From NCBI GenBank assembly GCA_025362395.1, contig JANYGK010000063.1, positions 28,955 through 92,954 on the forward strand: 64,000 nt of DNA, read 5' to 3'. The notes under the pieces were generated by a model. The model saw only the letters and a program-made list of their open reading frames with translations, ran no database searches and was not told where the DNA came from. Below are positions 25,242-35,319 of the stretch, piece by piece; position 1 is the stretch's first letter; every line of letters starts with the position of its first letter. The position numbers and the translations under genes were made by a program. This DNA comes from Bacteroidota bacterium (GTDB taxonomy: Bacteria > Bacteroidota > Bacteroidia > B-17B0 > Aurantibacillaceae).

Positions 25242-25688
25242 CTACCAATGAACCACCTTAATTTCTTTATTTGATTTTTTTACTGCCACAATAATGTATT
25301 GATTTCGAGCCGCTTTAACCACTATGTCTTTTTGAGGCTCCGTATTTTTTACATTTACCTTAATGTAATGCTCTGTTTCTACAGAGCTGTCTACAAAGGG
25401 CTTTGTGGGCGACTTACTTAATGCCGTAAAAATGATAACGGCTGTTTCGGAATTAAAATCAATAAACGGTATTTTAGAATCTAATCCGAAATTAGCATTG
25501 CAAAAGTCAATATAATCAGTCTCCGAAAAAAAAGTATAGTCCCCTATTTTATTAATGTAACATTGGGAGGTTTGCACGGTTCTAAACGTATAATTTTCAT
25601 TAATGATCTTATCCGAGGTAGATTCTTGTGTTTGTGCTTTTATGCTAAAAACACTTAACGCTAAAAATAGAGTAACTAATTTTTTCAT
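25242..25688 (-). CDS. hypothetical secreted protein
   Basis: 148 aa with signal peptide MKKLVTLFLALSVFSIKAQ. Confidence 0.6.
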   Translation of the reverse strand: MKKLVTLFLALSVFSIKAQTQESTSDKIINENYTFRTVQTSQCYINKIGDYTFFSETDYIDFCNANFGLDSKIPFIDFNSETAVIIFTALSKSPTKPFVDSSVETEHYIKVNVKNTEPQKDIVVKAARNQYIIVAVKKSNKEIKVVHW

Positions 25689-25813
25689 GATAAACCTTTA
25701 ATAAAGTGTAAACAAATTATGCTTTATAATAAAATCAATCTTGATGCCGGCAAAAAAAAGCTGTAAATAAAAAAGGCGCAACATCTGTTACGCCTTTTAA
25801 AAATGTATACTTA

Positions 25814-27202
25814 CTATAAGTGAATTACTTCGCCGTAAGCCGCTGCTGCTGCTTCCATAATGGCTTCGCTCATAGTTGGGTGAGGGTGAACCGTTTTAAT
25901 TAATTCATGCCCTGTTGTTTCCAGTTTACGAACCGCTACAATTTCGGCGATTAGTTCCGTTACATTTGCACCAATCATGTGGGCGCCTAATAATTCGCCG
26001 TATTTAGCGTCAAATATTAATTTTACAAAGCCGTCGGCAGCACCCGCAGCCTTTGCTTTACCGGATGCCGAGAAAGGAAATTTACCGACTTTTAAAGTAT
26101 AGCCTGCTTCCTTCGCTTGCTTTTCCGTCATACCTACTGAAGCAACTTCAGGCTGGCAATAGGTACAACCCGGTATGTTTTTATAATCTAACGGGTCAAC
26201 ATGTACACCCGCAATTTTTTCAACACACGTAATTCCTTCCGCGCTGGCAACGTGTGCCAAGGCTTGTCCGCTAACACAATCTCCAATAGCATAATAACCG
26301 GGGATATTGGTTGCATAGAACTTATCCGTTAAAATTTTCCCTTTGTCAGTGGCGATACCTACTTCTTCCAGTCCTAAGTTTTCAATATTTGCCTGTATAC
26401 CAACTGCCGATAAAACAATTTCCGCTTCAAGGGTCACATTTCCTGTTTTTGTTTTTACGTTTACTTTGCACACATCCCCTTTGGTATCAACACTCTCCAC
26501 CGAAGCTTCGGTCATAATTTCAATACCGGCCTTTTTAAACGATTTCTCTAATTGTTTAGATACTTCTTCGTCTTCTACCGGAACTATGTTCGGTAAAAAT
26601 TCAACAACGGTCACTTTAGTTCCCATGGTTGCATAAAAATAAGCGAACTCTATCCCTATTGCTCCTGAACCAACAACTACCAATGATTTTGGTTGTTTAG
26701 GAAGATTCATTGCTTCACGGTAACCGATAATTTTTTTACCGTCCTGCGGTAAGTTTGGCAGTTGGCGGGAACGTGCGCCGGTGGCAATAATAATATGTTT
26801 CCCTTCTAATGAGGTTGTTTTTCCGTCGGTTCCTTTAACGTCCACCTTTTTACCTGCCTTAACAGTAGCGGTTCCCATAATGACATCAATTTTATTTTTC
26901 TTCATTAAAAACTGGATACCTTTACTCATTCCGTCTGCTACGTCGCGGCTGCGTTTAATTACCGCACCAAAGTCAGCCTTAATATTATCAGCACTGATTC
27001 CGTAATCTTTAGAGTGATTTAAATATTCAAACACCTGTGCACTTTTCAATAACGCTTTGGTTGGAATGCAACCCCAGTTCAGGCAAATACCCCCAAGATT
27101 TTCTTTTTCAATAATAGCTGTTTTTAAGCCAAGCTGGGAAGCGCGAATGGCAGTTACATAACCGCCCGGTCCGCTTCCTATAACAATAACATCGTAATTC
27201 AT
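25814..27202 (-). CDS. lpdA: dihydrolipoyl dehydrogenase
   Basis: FAD motif VIGSGPGGY, redox-active disulfide GGICLNWGCIPTK, NAD motif VVGSGAIGIEFA, C-terminal HPHPTMSE. Confidence 0.95.
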   Translation of the reverse strand: MNYDVIVIGSGPGGYVTAIRASQLGLKTAIIEKENLGGICLNWGCIPTKALLKSAQVFEYLNHSKDYGISADNIKADFGAVIKRSRDVADGMSKGIQFLMKKNKIDVIMGTATVKAGKKVDVKGTDGKTTSLEGKHIIIATGARSRQLPNLPQDGKKIIGYREAMNLPKQPKSLVVVGSGAIGIEFAYFYATMGTKVTVVEFLPNIVPVEDEEVSKQLEKSFKKAGIEIMTEASVESVDTKGDVCKVNVKTKTGNVTLEAEIVLSAVGIQANIENLGLEEVGIATDKGKILTDKFYATNIPGYYAIGDCVSGQALAHVASAEGITCVEKIAGVHVDPLDYKNIPGCTYCQPEVASVGMTEKQAKEAGYTLKVGKFPFSASGKAKAAGAADGFVKLIFDAKYGELLGAHMIGANVTELIAEIVAVRKLETTGHELIKTVHPHPTMSEAIMEAAAAAYGEVIHL

Positions 27203-27282
27203 AGTGTGTGTTTTTAGTGGCGCTAATATAAAGGTTTTTTTAATATCTATTAACCCGGTTTGGTATTACAATACAATAAGCT

Positions 27283-27390
27283 GTTGTAGGATAATGTAGA
27301 ACACTTTGTCAGTCGTTCGCAAGCTCGCGGGATTTACTACTCTTTGCAGGCATCAACAAAGCGACAATCTGCATTAGTCAATACAACAAC
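27283..27390. repeat. short intergenic element with imperfect terminal inverted repeats (copy A)
   Basis: Left arm GTTGTAGGATAATGTAGAACACTTTGTCAG. Reverse complement of the right arm GTTGTTGTATTGACTAATGCAGATTGTC. The arms resemble those of the copy at 32791..32948. Confidence 0.4.
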
Positions 27391-27406
27391 TTTTATATTA
27401 AAGAAT

Positions 27407-28192
27407 TTATTTTTTTAGAACCTGTGCTCTCACATCATCCATCTTAGCTTTAGCAGCGTTCCCTGCTTTTTCGTAAGCCCGTGCCCTTGCAAAATAAAAT
27501 TCATAATTTTCTATTCCGGGCTGCACAGTCGGCGCTTTATTATAATCGGCTATCGCTCCTACGTAGTCTTTTAACTCAAACCTGGCCAATCCTCTGTCAA
27601 TAAAAGCCTCTCCATATTCAGGATTTAATTCTATCGCTTTATTAAAATCTAAAACCGCCTCATCGTACAGGCCTGACTTATATTTCATAAATCCCCGGTT
27701 AGCATAAGCCTTCGCATAATCGGGTTTAAGATCAATGGCTTTATTTAAATTTTCAATCGCTGCTTTGTAATCAAAGCTTTCGCCTTGCGCATAAGCTAAG
27801 TTAAGATGGCTTACCGAATTGGTCGGTGATAAGCTTAAAGCGATGTTTAAATCTTTTAACGCGTTTTTATAATCTTTCAAAAAACAATAACACATGCCCC
27901 TGTTTGAATACGCATCGGAAGCACCGGGCATTAATCGCAGGATCTGATCATTGTCTTTGATGCAATTTTTAAAATCACGGATTTGGTATTCTAATATGGA
28001 TCGGGTGATGTAAGCACTGACATTATTACTGTCGAGTTTTATAAATAGGGTTTGATTTTTAATACGACTTCTTATACCGGGAAAGTAGGAAGTATCTTTA
28101 CCGATAGCTGTACTTTGAGCTTTAGCTTGGGTTGAAACCCATACGATAACAATCACAAGTATTTTCCAAAAACTATTCCCTGTAAAAAACAT
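27407..28192 (-). CDS. tetratricopeptide repeat protein (secreted/periplasmic)
   Basis: Signal peptide, then 5-6 TPR units (A..YN.G.......Y..A..D...AL.L.P pattern). Confidence 0.85.
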   Translation of the reverse strand: MFFTGNSFWKILVIVIVWVSTQAKAQSTAIGKDTSYFPGIRSRIKNQTLFIKLDSNNVSAYITRSILEYQIRDFKNCIKDNDQILRLMPGASDAYSNRGMCYCFLKDYKNALKDLNIALSLSPTNSVSHLNLAYAQGESFDYKAAIENLNKAIDLKPDYAKAYANRGFMKYKSGLYDEAVLDFNKAIELNPEYGEAFIDRGLARFELKDYVGAIADYNKAPTVQPGIENYEFYFARARAYEKAGNAAKAKMDDVRAQVLKK

Positions 28193-28201
28193 GAACTGAT
28201 T

Positions 28202-29230
28202 TTAATTACGGGAAATAATGGACGTAGGCAAAACAATTTTTTCGTAGTCGATCGTACCCTGTACTTTTTGATCAATTAATTTAAGCGCCAGGTGAGCGGC
28301 CTCCGTACCAATTCTTTCCAAAGGTTGTGAAACAGAAATAATATTCGGTTTCACAAAATCAAACAAGCTGATATCATCAAAAGAAGCAAAATAAATTCCT
28401 TCTTTTTTTGTATCAAATGCCAACTCATTAAATACATTTAAACAGGCTGTAGCAATATGATTATTTAAAGTATAGATCGCATCAATTTTTTCAGGCTGTT
28501 TCAGTAATTTCATTAATTTTTCCCGCACATCGCGGTGAATAGTATTGAACGAAATTTCCACTAAATTATCAGGTCCGAAGGGCACATTATATTTATGCAA
28601 CGCATCTTTAAAGCCTCTTACACGCTCTGTTAATGAGCTAATGTGTGAAGGCGTAATATTAAAAGCCACAATATTTTTACAACCTTTATGGATCAAAAGG
28701 TCCGTTAACTCAAACGAGCCCTGGTAATTATCGGCTACTACATAATTTGATTCTATATCGGGAAGATACCTGTCAATAAACACAATAGGGAAATTTCTTA
28801 AACGCTCTTTTTTAAAAAACTCGCCGGATGTGTTGGTAGTTGCGATGATGAGTCCGTCTATAATCTGTTGTTCGGCAAACAGCTGAATTAATTTTTCTTC
28901 TTTTTCAATATTTTCATCCGTGCTGCAAACCATTAAGTTATATCCTTTTTCAGCCAACGCCTTTTCAACATACTTAGCTATGTTGGAATAAAATGGGTTT
29001 GAAATGTCGGCAACCAACAAACCTATCAGGTTACTTTTACCGGTTCTTAACGCACGCGCAAACATATTTGGTGTGTATTGCATTTCGCCTGCTTTGGCCA
29101 ATACTTTTTCCTGCGTTTTTTTGCTTATACCATACGCATCTCCTTTACCATTAATAACCATTGATACCAACGTTTTTGACACATTGAGCTCACGGGCTAT
29201 ATCTTCAAGCAGGGTCTTTTTTATTGCCAT
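28202..29230 (-). CDS. LacI family transcriptional regulator
   Basis: N-terminal HTH (TLLEDIARELNVSKTLVSMVING) plus a periplasmic-binding-fold sugar-sensor domain. Confidence 0.9.
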   Translation of the reverse strand: MAIKKTLLEDIARELNVSKTLVSMVINGKGDAYGISKKTQEKVLAKAGEMQYTPNMFARALRTGKSNLIGLLVADISNPFYSNIAKYVEKALAEKGYNLMVCSTDENIEKEEKLIQLFAEQQIIDGLIIATTNTSGEFFKKERLRNFPIVFIDRYLPDIESNYVVADNYQGSFELTDLLIHKGCKNIVAFNITPSHISSLTERVRGFKDALHKYNVPFGPDNLVEISFNTIHRDVREKLMKLLKQPEKIDAIYTLNNHIATACLNVFNELAFDTKKEGIYFASFDDISLFDFVKPNIISVSQPLERIGTEAAHLALKLIDQKVQGTIDYEKIVLPTSIISRN

Positions 29231-29304
29231 GTTTTTTGTATAAAGTGCGTTTTATAACAAATATACACAATTCTAAATATGTTTAGATTTTTTAACTAAA
29301 TGTT

Positions 29305-29913
29305 TTAGGTTCCCTCTTTTATAACGTCAAGTATCGCAAAATAAGTATTTTCAAAAACAGTTAATTTAATTTGTTCAGGCGACAACCATTCTACCTTTTC
29401 AATATTTTCTTCTATCTGTGGAATTAATTTCCCGGTGTGCAAGGTTGTCATGGCATACCAAAATGTTTTTTTAAGGGCGTAACCGGCTTTATATTCATAC
29501 ATGTGGTAGGTTGGTTGCAGTTCCTTTGTAATTGTTAATTTACTGATCCCGCATTCTTCCTCGCATTCCCGTATAGCAGCTTCACTTGGGCTCTCTCCCG
29601 CATCTAGCTTTCCTTTAGGGAGATCCCATATTTTTAAACGGTAAATAAACAGGTAAGTATTATCTTTTTTGATCAGGCCGCCGGCAGCGTAAATATATTT
29701 GAATGCTTTTTTAAAATTTTCAAACCCTATCTCCATATTTTTGGTTTCAAAAACCAGTTCATGATGTTCATTTTGGTTTATAAATAATTCAAATACATGT
29801 ACTATTTCCTTTTTGGTTAGCACATCCAAATTTTTAAATGACTGATTTTGTGTGATTTGATTTTTTTGTTGAAGGGTAATTTTTTTTGAATAATAATAGA
29901 TAGTGATGTTCAT
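29305..29913 (-). CDS. NUDIX hydrolase
   Basis: Nudix box GKLDAGESPSEAAIRECEEECGI. Confidence 0.85.
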   Translation of the reverse strand: MNITIYYYSKKITLQQKNQITQNQSFKNLDVLTKKEIVHVFELFINQNEHHELVFETKNMEIGFENFKKAFKYIYAAGGLIKKDNTYLFIYRLKIWDLPKGKLDAGESPSEAAIRECEEECGISKLTITKELQPTYHMYEYKAGYALKKTFWYAMTTLHTGKLIPQIEENIEKVEWLSPEQIKLTVFENTYFAILDVIKEGT

Positions 29914-29959
29914 AATTTGATGTATTTAGAAGCTTAAATCCGGTTATTTTTGTCGTCCT

Positions 29960-30607
29960 ATGACAATGACACCTTTTGACGACTCTGCGCATAAAATTGC
30001 CGAATTTTTATTACAAATCAAAGCAATAAAACTTCAGCCCGAACAACCTTTTACATGGGCCTCGGGATGGAAATCCCCTATTTATTGCGATAACCGTAAA
30101 ACATTATCGTATCCTCAAATACGCACATTTATCCGTCAGCAATTTGTAAACGAAATAAACGAAAAATATGCAAAGCCCGATGTTATTGCAGGTGTTGCAA
30201 CCGGTGGTATTGCACAGGGCGCTTTAGTAGCGCAGGAAATGGGCTTACCGTTTGTGTATGTTCGCAGTGAAGCAAAAAAACACGGCCTTACAAATATGGT
30301 GGAAGGTGAAGTTGAAAAAGGACAAAATGTAGTGGTGATCGAAGATCTTATTTCTACGGGAGGCAGCAGTATTAAAGCTATTGAAGCCTTAAGAGAAAAA
30401 GGGTGTAATGTAAAAGGCATGGTGGCTATTTTCACTTACGGCTTTAATGAAGCAACACAAAATTTTAAAAAAGCAAAATGTTTAACAAGCACTTTATGTG
30501 ATTACAACACCTTAATTGAAGTGGCGTTAAAACATAATTACATTACCGAAAACGATTTGGAGCCATTAAAAAAATGGAGAGAAAGCCCGTCTACCTGGAA
30601 CCAATAA
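29960..30607 (+). CDS. pyrE: orotate phosphoribosyltransferase
   Basis: PRPP-binding loop VVVIEDLISTGGSS. Typical PyrE length and N-terminal FTWASGWKSPIYCDNR. Confidence 0.92.
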   Translation: MTMTPFDDSAHKIAEFLLQIKAIKLQPEQPFTWASGWKSPIYCDNRKTLSYPQIRTFIRQQFVNEINEKYAKPDVIAGVATGGIAQGALVAQEMGLPFVYVRSEAKKHGLTNMVEGEVEKGQNVVVIEDLISTGGSSIKAIEALREKGCNVKGMVAIFTYGFNEATQNFKKAKCLTSTLCDYNTLIEVALKHNYITENDLEPLKKWRESPSTWNQ

Positions 30608-30617
30608 AATTTATTCT

Positions 30618-31016
30618 GTGTCATACTTCAGCTTACTAAGCCAAACACACGCAACAAAATCACCTACTGATAGCTTGTATGATTTTATGGGCGACTTCAA
30701 CAATTTTAAACATTTATTGCCCGACGATAAAATTGAAAATTTTGAATGTACAGATCAGCAATGTTCCTTTGGAATTATAGGTATGGTGCCGTTAACCATT
30801 AAAATTAAAGAGCGAATTCCCAAAACCCGTATAACCTATGAAACACTGGGTTTGGCAAAGTTTGTATTTACCTTACACATTCATTTTTTAGAGAATAATC
30901 AAACAAATGTTCAGCTCGAAGGTGACATGAACCCTTTTATAAAAGTAATGGCAGAAAAACCATTAAATGATCTGATTAATACAATGGCTTCTAAAATGGC
31001 CGCACTAACTATTTAA
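30618..31016 (+). CDS. SRPBCC-fold (START/CoxG-like) protein
   Basis: 132 aa. Beta-rich pattern with a C-terminal helix. GTG start. Family call is tentative. Confidence 0.5.
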   Translation: MSYFSLLSQTHATKSPTDSLYDFMGDFNNFKHLLPDDKIENFECTDQQCSFGIIGMVPLTIKIKERIPKTRITYETLGLAKFVFTLHIHFLENNQTNVQLEGDMNPFIKVMAEKPLNDLINTMASKMAALTI

Positions 31017-31017
31017 T

Positions 31018-31317
31018 ATGGAAAATTCAAAAATAAACGTCACCATACAATTACTGCCTACAAAATACAGCGCCGATAAAATTGAGATGATCGATAAAGC
31101 GATTGCCCTTATAAAAGCTTCAGGATTGAAATACATGGTATGTCCTTTTGAAACAGTGGTGGAGGGCACTTACACAGACATTTTTAAATTAATCAATGAC
31201 ATCAGAATAACGACATTAAGCAACGGATGCGAAGAATTATTAATTAATATGAAAATGCACGCCGGGCAAAAAGACCTGTTTTTTGAAGACAAGCTTATAA
31301 AATACAATGCAAATTAA
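31018..31317 (+). CDS. MTH1187/YkoF-family (DUF77) thiamine-binding-like protein
   Basis: 99 aa. The pattern V.IQ.LP........I..AI..I..SGLKY.V.PFETV.EG is characteristic of the family. Confidence 0.7.
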   Translation: MENSKINVTIQLLPTKYSADKIEMIDKAIALIKASGLKYMVCPFETVVEGTYTDIFKLINDIRITTLSNGCEELLINMKMHAGQKDLFFEDKLIKYNAN

Positions 31318-31386
31318 TTTACGGTACACGTTTCCCGGAAAGTATTTTTTCCGCTTTTAACTCAAAAAATGCCCTAATTTTACAAG

Positions 31387-32784
31387 GTGAAAAAACACTT
31401 AAGCCATCCTGTATTTAATACTATTGCCGATTGTGCAGCCCAACTTAATGTGGATGCTTATGTAATTGGCGGCTTTGTGCGTGATATCTTTTTAAACCGC
31501 CCCGGTAAAGACATTGATGTGGTGACGATTGGGAAAGGAATTGAACTCGCTGAATTGGTTTATAAAAAAATCGGTGAAGACAAAGCCCATTTATCCGTCT
31601 TTAAAAATTTTGGAACAGCGCAGGTAAAAACAGGTGATATTGAAATAGAATTTGTGGGTGCAAGAAAAGAATCATACAACCGAAATTCACGTAAGCCCAT
31701 TGTAGAGAATGGAACATTGGCCGACGATCAAAACCGCCGTGACTTTACAATGAACGCCCTGGCAATAGGTTTAAGCAAATCTAACTTTGGAGTATTGCTC
31801 GATCCGTTTGGCGGAATACATGATATTGAACACAAAATAATCCGGACGCCTTTAGATCCCGAAATCACCTACAGCGACGACCCTTTGCGGATGATGCGCG
31901 CCATTCGCTTTGCCACACAGCTTAATTTCACGATAGAATCAAATTCTTTAGAAGCCATTTCAAAAACCAAATCGCGCATCAGTATTATTTCGAAAGAGCG
32001 AATTGTAGATGAGCTGAATAAAATTATTCTTTCGCCTGTTCCGTCAGTAGGTTTTAAATTATTATCGGATACCGGATTATTAGAATTGATATTTCCCGAA
32101 ATGATGAAGCTTCACGGTGTTGAAACCATCGATGGAAAATCACATAAGGATAATTTTTACCATACATTGGAAGTGTTGGATAACGTTGCTAAAAAAAGCG
32201 ACAACCTTTGGTTAAGATGGGCCGCTATTTTACATGATATTGCAAAGCCGCCTACCAAACGCTTTGAACCCGAGCATGGCTGGACCTTTCACGGCCATGA
32301 GGTAAAAGGCGCGCGCATGGTCCCTAAAATATTTGAGGCGTTGCGCCTGCCATTAAATGACAGGATGAAGTATGTGCAGAAATTAGTATTGTTGCATTTA
32401 CGGCCCATTGTTTTAGCCAAAACAGAAATTACCGACAGTGCCGTAAGGCGTGTGTTGTTTGAAGCCGGCGATGATGTGGACGACCTGATGGCTTTATGTG
32501 AGGCAGACATTACCACTAAAAACCCTAATAAAGTAAAGCGTTATTTACATAATTTCGGTTTGGTAAGAGAAAAATTAATTGAGCTTGAAGAGAAAGATAA
32601 ATTAAGAAACTGGCAGCCACCGGTGAGCGGCGAAGAGATTATGTCCATTTTTAAACTACCGCCTTGCAAATTGGTGGGTGATTTAAAAAATGCTTTAAAA
32701 GATGCTATTTTAGACGGCATTATACCAAATGAAAGAGAAGAAGCCTTGCTTTTTTTAAATGCGAAAGCAAAAGAAATTGCTTAA
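31387..32784 (+). CDS. CCA-adding/poly(A) polymerase-family tRNA nucleotidyltransferase with HD domain
   Basis: GGFVRDIFLNRPGKDIDVV nucleotidyltransferase head, RRDFTMNAL motif, HD region LHDIAKP. GTG start. Confidence 0.85.
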   Translation: MKKHLSHPVFNTIADCAAQLNVDAYVIGGFVRDIFLNRPGKDIDVVTIGKGIELAELVYKKIGEDKAHLSVFKNFGTAQVKTGDIEIEFVGARKESYNRNSRKPIVENGTLADDQNRRDFTMNALAIGLSKSNFGVLLDPFGGIHDIEHKIIRTPLDPEITYSDDPLRMMRAIRFATQLNFTIESNSLEAISKTKSRISIISKERIVDELNKIILSPVPSVGFKLLSDTGLLELIFPEMMKLHGVETIDGKSHKDNFYHTLEVLDNVAKKSDNLWLRWAAILHDIAKPPTKRFEPEHGWTFHGHEVKGARMVPKIFEALRLPLNDRMKYVQKLVLLHLRPIVLAKTEITDSAVRRVLFEAGDDVDDLMALCEADITTKNPNKVKRYLHNFGLVREKLIELEEKDKLRNWQPPVSGEEIMSIFKLPPCKLVGDLKNALKDAILDGIIPNEREEALLFLNAKAKEIA

Positions 32785-32790
32785 ATTTAA

Positions 32791-32948
32791 AGTAGAATAG
32801 GATGTTGTTGAATAGTGTAAAATTTGTCAGTTCGAATGTTTAGTACCTGCCTCTTGTAAATGTATCGCAAACGCTTCTTGATACTGCGCTTGTAAAGACC
32901 GGTTAAGCACCACGCAAAGTGACATTCAACATTGTTCTACAACACTAT
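32791..32948. repeat. short intergenic element with imperfect terminal inverted repeats (copy B)
   Basis: Left arm GTTGTTGAATAGTGTAAAATTTGTCAG. Reverse complement of the right arm GTTGTAGAACAATGTTGAATGTCACTTTGCG. The core GTTGAAT.GT occurs in both arms. Confidence 0.45.
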
Positions 32949-32979
32949 AATAGAAATTAAAACGCGTTAAAAAATTATT

Positions 32980-34155
32980 ATGCCGGTTAATTTACAAGAC
33001 GAGCTTCATACATTGGCAGACCAAGGCGATTATAGCCAATTGTCGCGCAAGCTGTTAGATATGTCAATAGAATATAATTTAAATCAAACTGTTGAAAAGC
33101 AGATCTATAATTTCAGGAAATCCTATTTATATGGTACCGACGAATCTAAACCCGGGCTTAATAAAGAAGCGAAGGCGCTTTTAAATTCTATAAAAGAAGT
33201 TCCGTTTTCATATCCCCAAAATAATAATTCCGCCTTAGTGTGTGACGCACAAAATATTAGTAAACGTTTTATAAACGGACGCTCACCTTTTGTATTAAAG
33301 CCTTTAAATGTTCAATTAAAATTCGGGCAAATAACCGGTATTGTTGGAGAGAACGGGAATGGAAAAACAACCTTACTGAGAATTTTAGCGGGCGAATTAT
33401 CAAGCGATACAGGGCACATTACCTACCCTGCTTTAAATGCCGATGATGCAAATTGGTATCATGTAAAATCTGAATTTGTTTTTATACCGCAACGTATTCC
33501 GCGTTGGTACGGCAGCCTGTTGGATAACCTTCGTTTTTTTGCAAGCATACATGGTATTAAAAATGTGGAGAACAATAAGCAAATAGAATATATTTTATTT
33601 AGATTGGGATTAGATAAATTCCGCGATCTAAAATGGAGTGAGTTATCCGGCGGATACCGTTTACGCTTTGAACTTGCTAAAACTATTATGCGCCGCCCCA
33701 AATTAATTTTATTGGACGAGCCATTGGCAAATCTTGATATCAATGCACAGCAGCTGTTCCTGCAAGACCTTACCTTTTTTGTAAGATCAGATAAATTTCC
33801 TTTAAGCATTGTATTAAGCTCACAGCAATTACACGAGGTGGAAAGTATTTCGGATAATATTATTTTTATAAAACAGGGTGAAACCATTTATAACGGTAAT
33901 CAAAATGCCTTTGCCACTGAGCGTGTAACCAATACGTTTGAAGTGGCAGGGAGCTTTAACAGGGAACAATTGCAGCAGATCTTTGCAAGTTACTCCGTAA
34001 AAATAGAAGATTCGGGCACTACATCGGTTGTAACTGTTGATAAGGAGATCAGCAATGATATTTTTTTACAAACGATGTTATCCAATAAAATAACAATCAG
34101 TTATTTCAGGGACATCAGTACCTCTACACGAAAATTATTTCATAAAGATATTTAA
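32980..34155 (+). CDS. orphan ABC-type ATPase with an N-terminal extension of about 95 aa
   Basis: Walker A GENGNGKTT, signature LSGGYRLR, Walker B LILLDEPLANLD. No permease gene adjacent. Confidence 0.8.
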   Translation: MPVNLQDELHTLADQGDYSQLSRKLLDMSIEYNLNQTVEKQIYNFRKSYLYGTDESKPGLNKEAKALLNSIKEVPFSYPQNNNSALVCDAQNISKRFINGRSPFVLKPLNVQLKFGQITGIVGENGNGKTTLLRILAGELSSDTGHITYPALNADDANWYHVKSEFVFIPQRIPRWYGSLLDNLRFFASIHGIKNVENNKQIEYILFRLGLDKFRDLKWSELSGGYRLRFELAKTIMRRPKLILLDEPLANLDINAQQLFLQDLTFFVRSDKFPLSIVLSSQQLHEVESISDNIIFIKQGETIYNGNQNAFATERVTNTFEVAGSFNREQLQQIFASYSVKIEDSGTTSVVTVDKEISNDIFLQTMLSNKITISYFRDISTSTRKLFHKDI

Positions 34156-35135
34156 ATCGTATGCTTGGCATCCGGTAACACATTACCCATATCCCATTCC
34201 AACCGTTTTACAAAATCGTGCCTGCGCACTTTACAACGTTCCATTGTGCATATAAAACAAGATTTGGGAAGACAGGGATCTGAATGAATGAAAAATTCTA
34301 TTTCATGATTAAACTCTTGCGTGGCAAGCTTATCCACGGCATCTACTTCCGTATGTGCTTCCTCTAAGGTGTAGTACCAAGGCAATGTCATGTGGCAATC
34401 GACATGAACAACCGACCCGTACTTTACGACCCTCAAATTATGAATATCGATCCAGCTTGCCTTGCGTTTAGAATCCAATATTTTAATAACATGTTCAATT
34501 TTACCGTAATCGGCTTTATCCAGTAAATTGGTAACTGACTCTTTAACCAACTGAACGCCTGTATAAGAAATAAAACCGCCTAACAGGACAGTGATCACAT
34601 AATCGATCCAAAATAATTGGGTAAAATAAATGAGAATTAAACCGGCTACAACACCTGCGCTGCTCCAGGTATCTGTGAGTAAATGTTTACCGTCGGACAA
34701 CATGGTGGAAGAATTAAGATCGGTTCCTTTTTTAATTAAAACTCTTGCGAGTAAATAATTAACGGCCCCCGAAAAAACAGAGATCCATACACCGATACTT
34801 ATATTTTGCAATTCATGCGGTTGTATAAAAGATGCCACACCTTTAACGATCATGGCCAATCCTGCAATACAAATCATGCCACCCTCTACCCCGGTAGATA
34901 AAAATTCAATTTTACCGTGGCCGTAAGGATGGTCTTCATCTTTTGGTTTTGCAGCATAATACAGGCTGTATAAGGCAAAGGAACCTGCCAGTACATTAAC
35001 AATAGACTCTATGGCGTCGGTTAAAATAGCGCCTGAATTCGTAAAATAATAAGCAAGGAATTTCAACCCCATTAAAATAGTTCCAACTATCAAAACCACC
35101 TTCATGGTTCGTATTTTAATAAGGCCTTGGTCCAT
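34152..35135 (-). CDS. cation diffusion facilitator (CDF) family transporter with Cys-rich C-terminal tail
   Basis: Six TM helices with AILTDAIES and HLLTD metal-site motifs. Tail DPCLPKSCFICTMERC. Its stop overlaps the convergent ABC ATPase stop by 4 nt. Confidence 0.85.
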   Translation of the reverse strand: MDQGLIKIRTMKVVLIVGTILMGLKFLAYYFTNSGAILTDAIESIVNVLAGSFALYSLYYAAKPKDEDHPYGHGKIEFLSTGVEGGMICIAGLAMIVKGVASFIQPHELQNISIGVWISVFSGAVNYLLARVLIKKGTDLNSSTMLSDGKHLLTDTWSSAGVVAGLILIYFTQLFWIDYVITVLLGGFISYTGVQLVKESVTNLLDKADYGKIEHVIKILDSKRKASWIDIHNLRVVKYGSVVHVDCHMTLPWYYTLEEAHTEVDAVDKLATQEFNHEIEFFIHSDPCLPKSCFICTMERCKVRRHDFVKRLEWDMGNVLPDAKHTI

Positions 35136-35319
35136 AGAGCTACATCACTTTAACGCGGTTTGTGAAGGTATGAAATTTGAATGCATTAATCGGTAACGTT
35201 CTTATTAAAGTTAAAAATAATCTTCTTATCAGGAGCCTGACTTTTACGTCCATAATCTATACCGTATCCGTTCATTCCATCGGGTATAATAAATATTATA
35301 CCTTCTAAATTTAATACTT

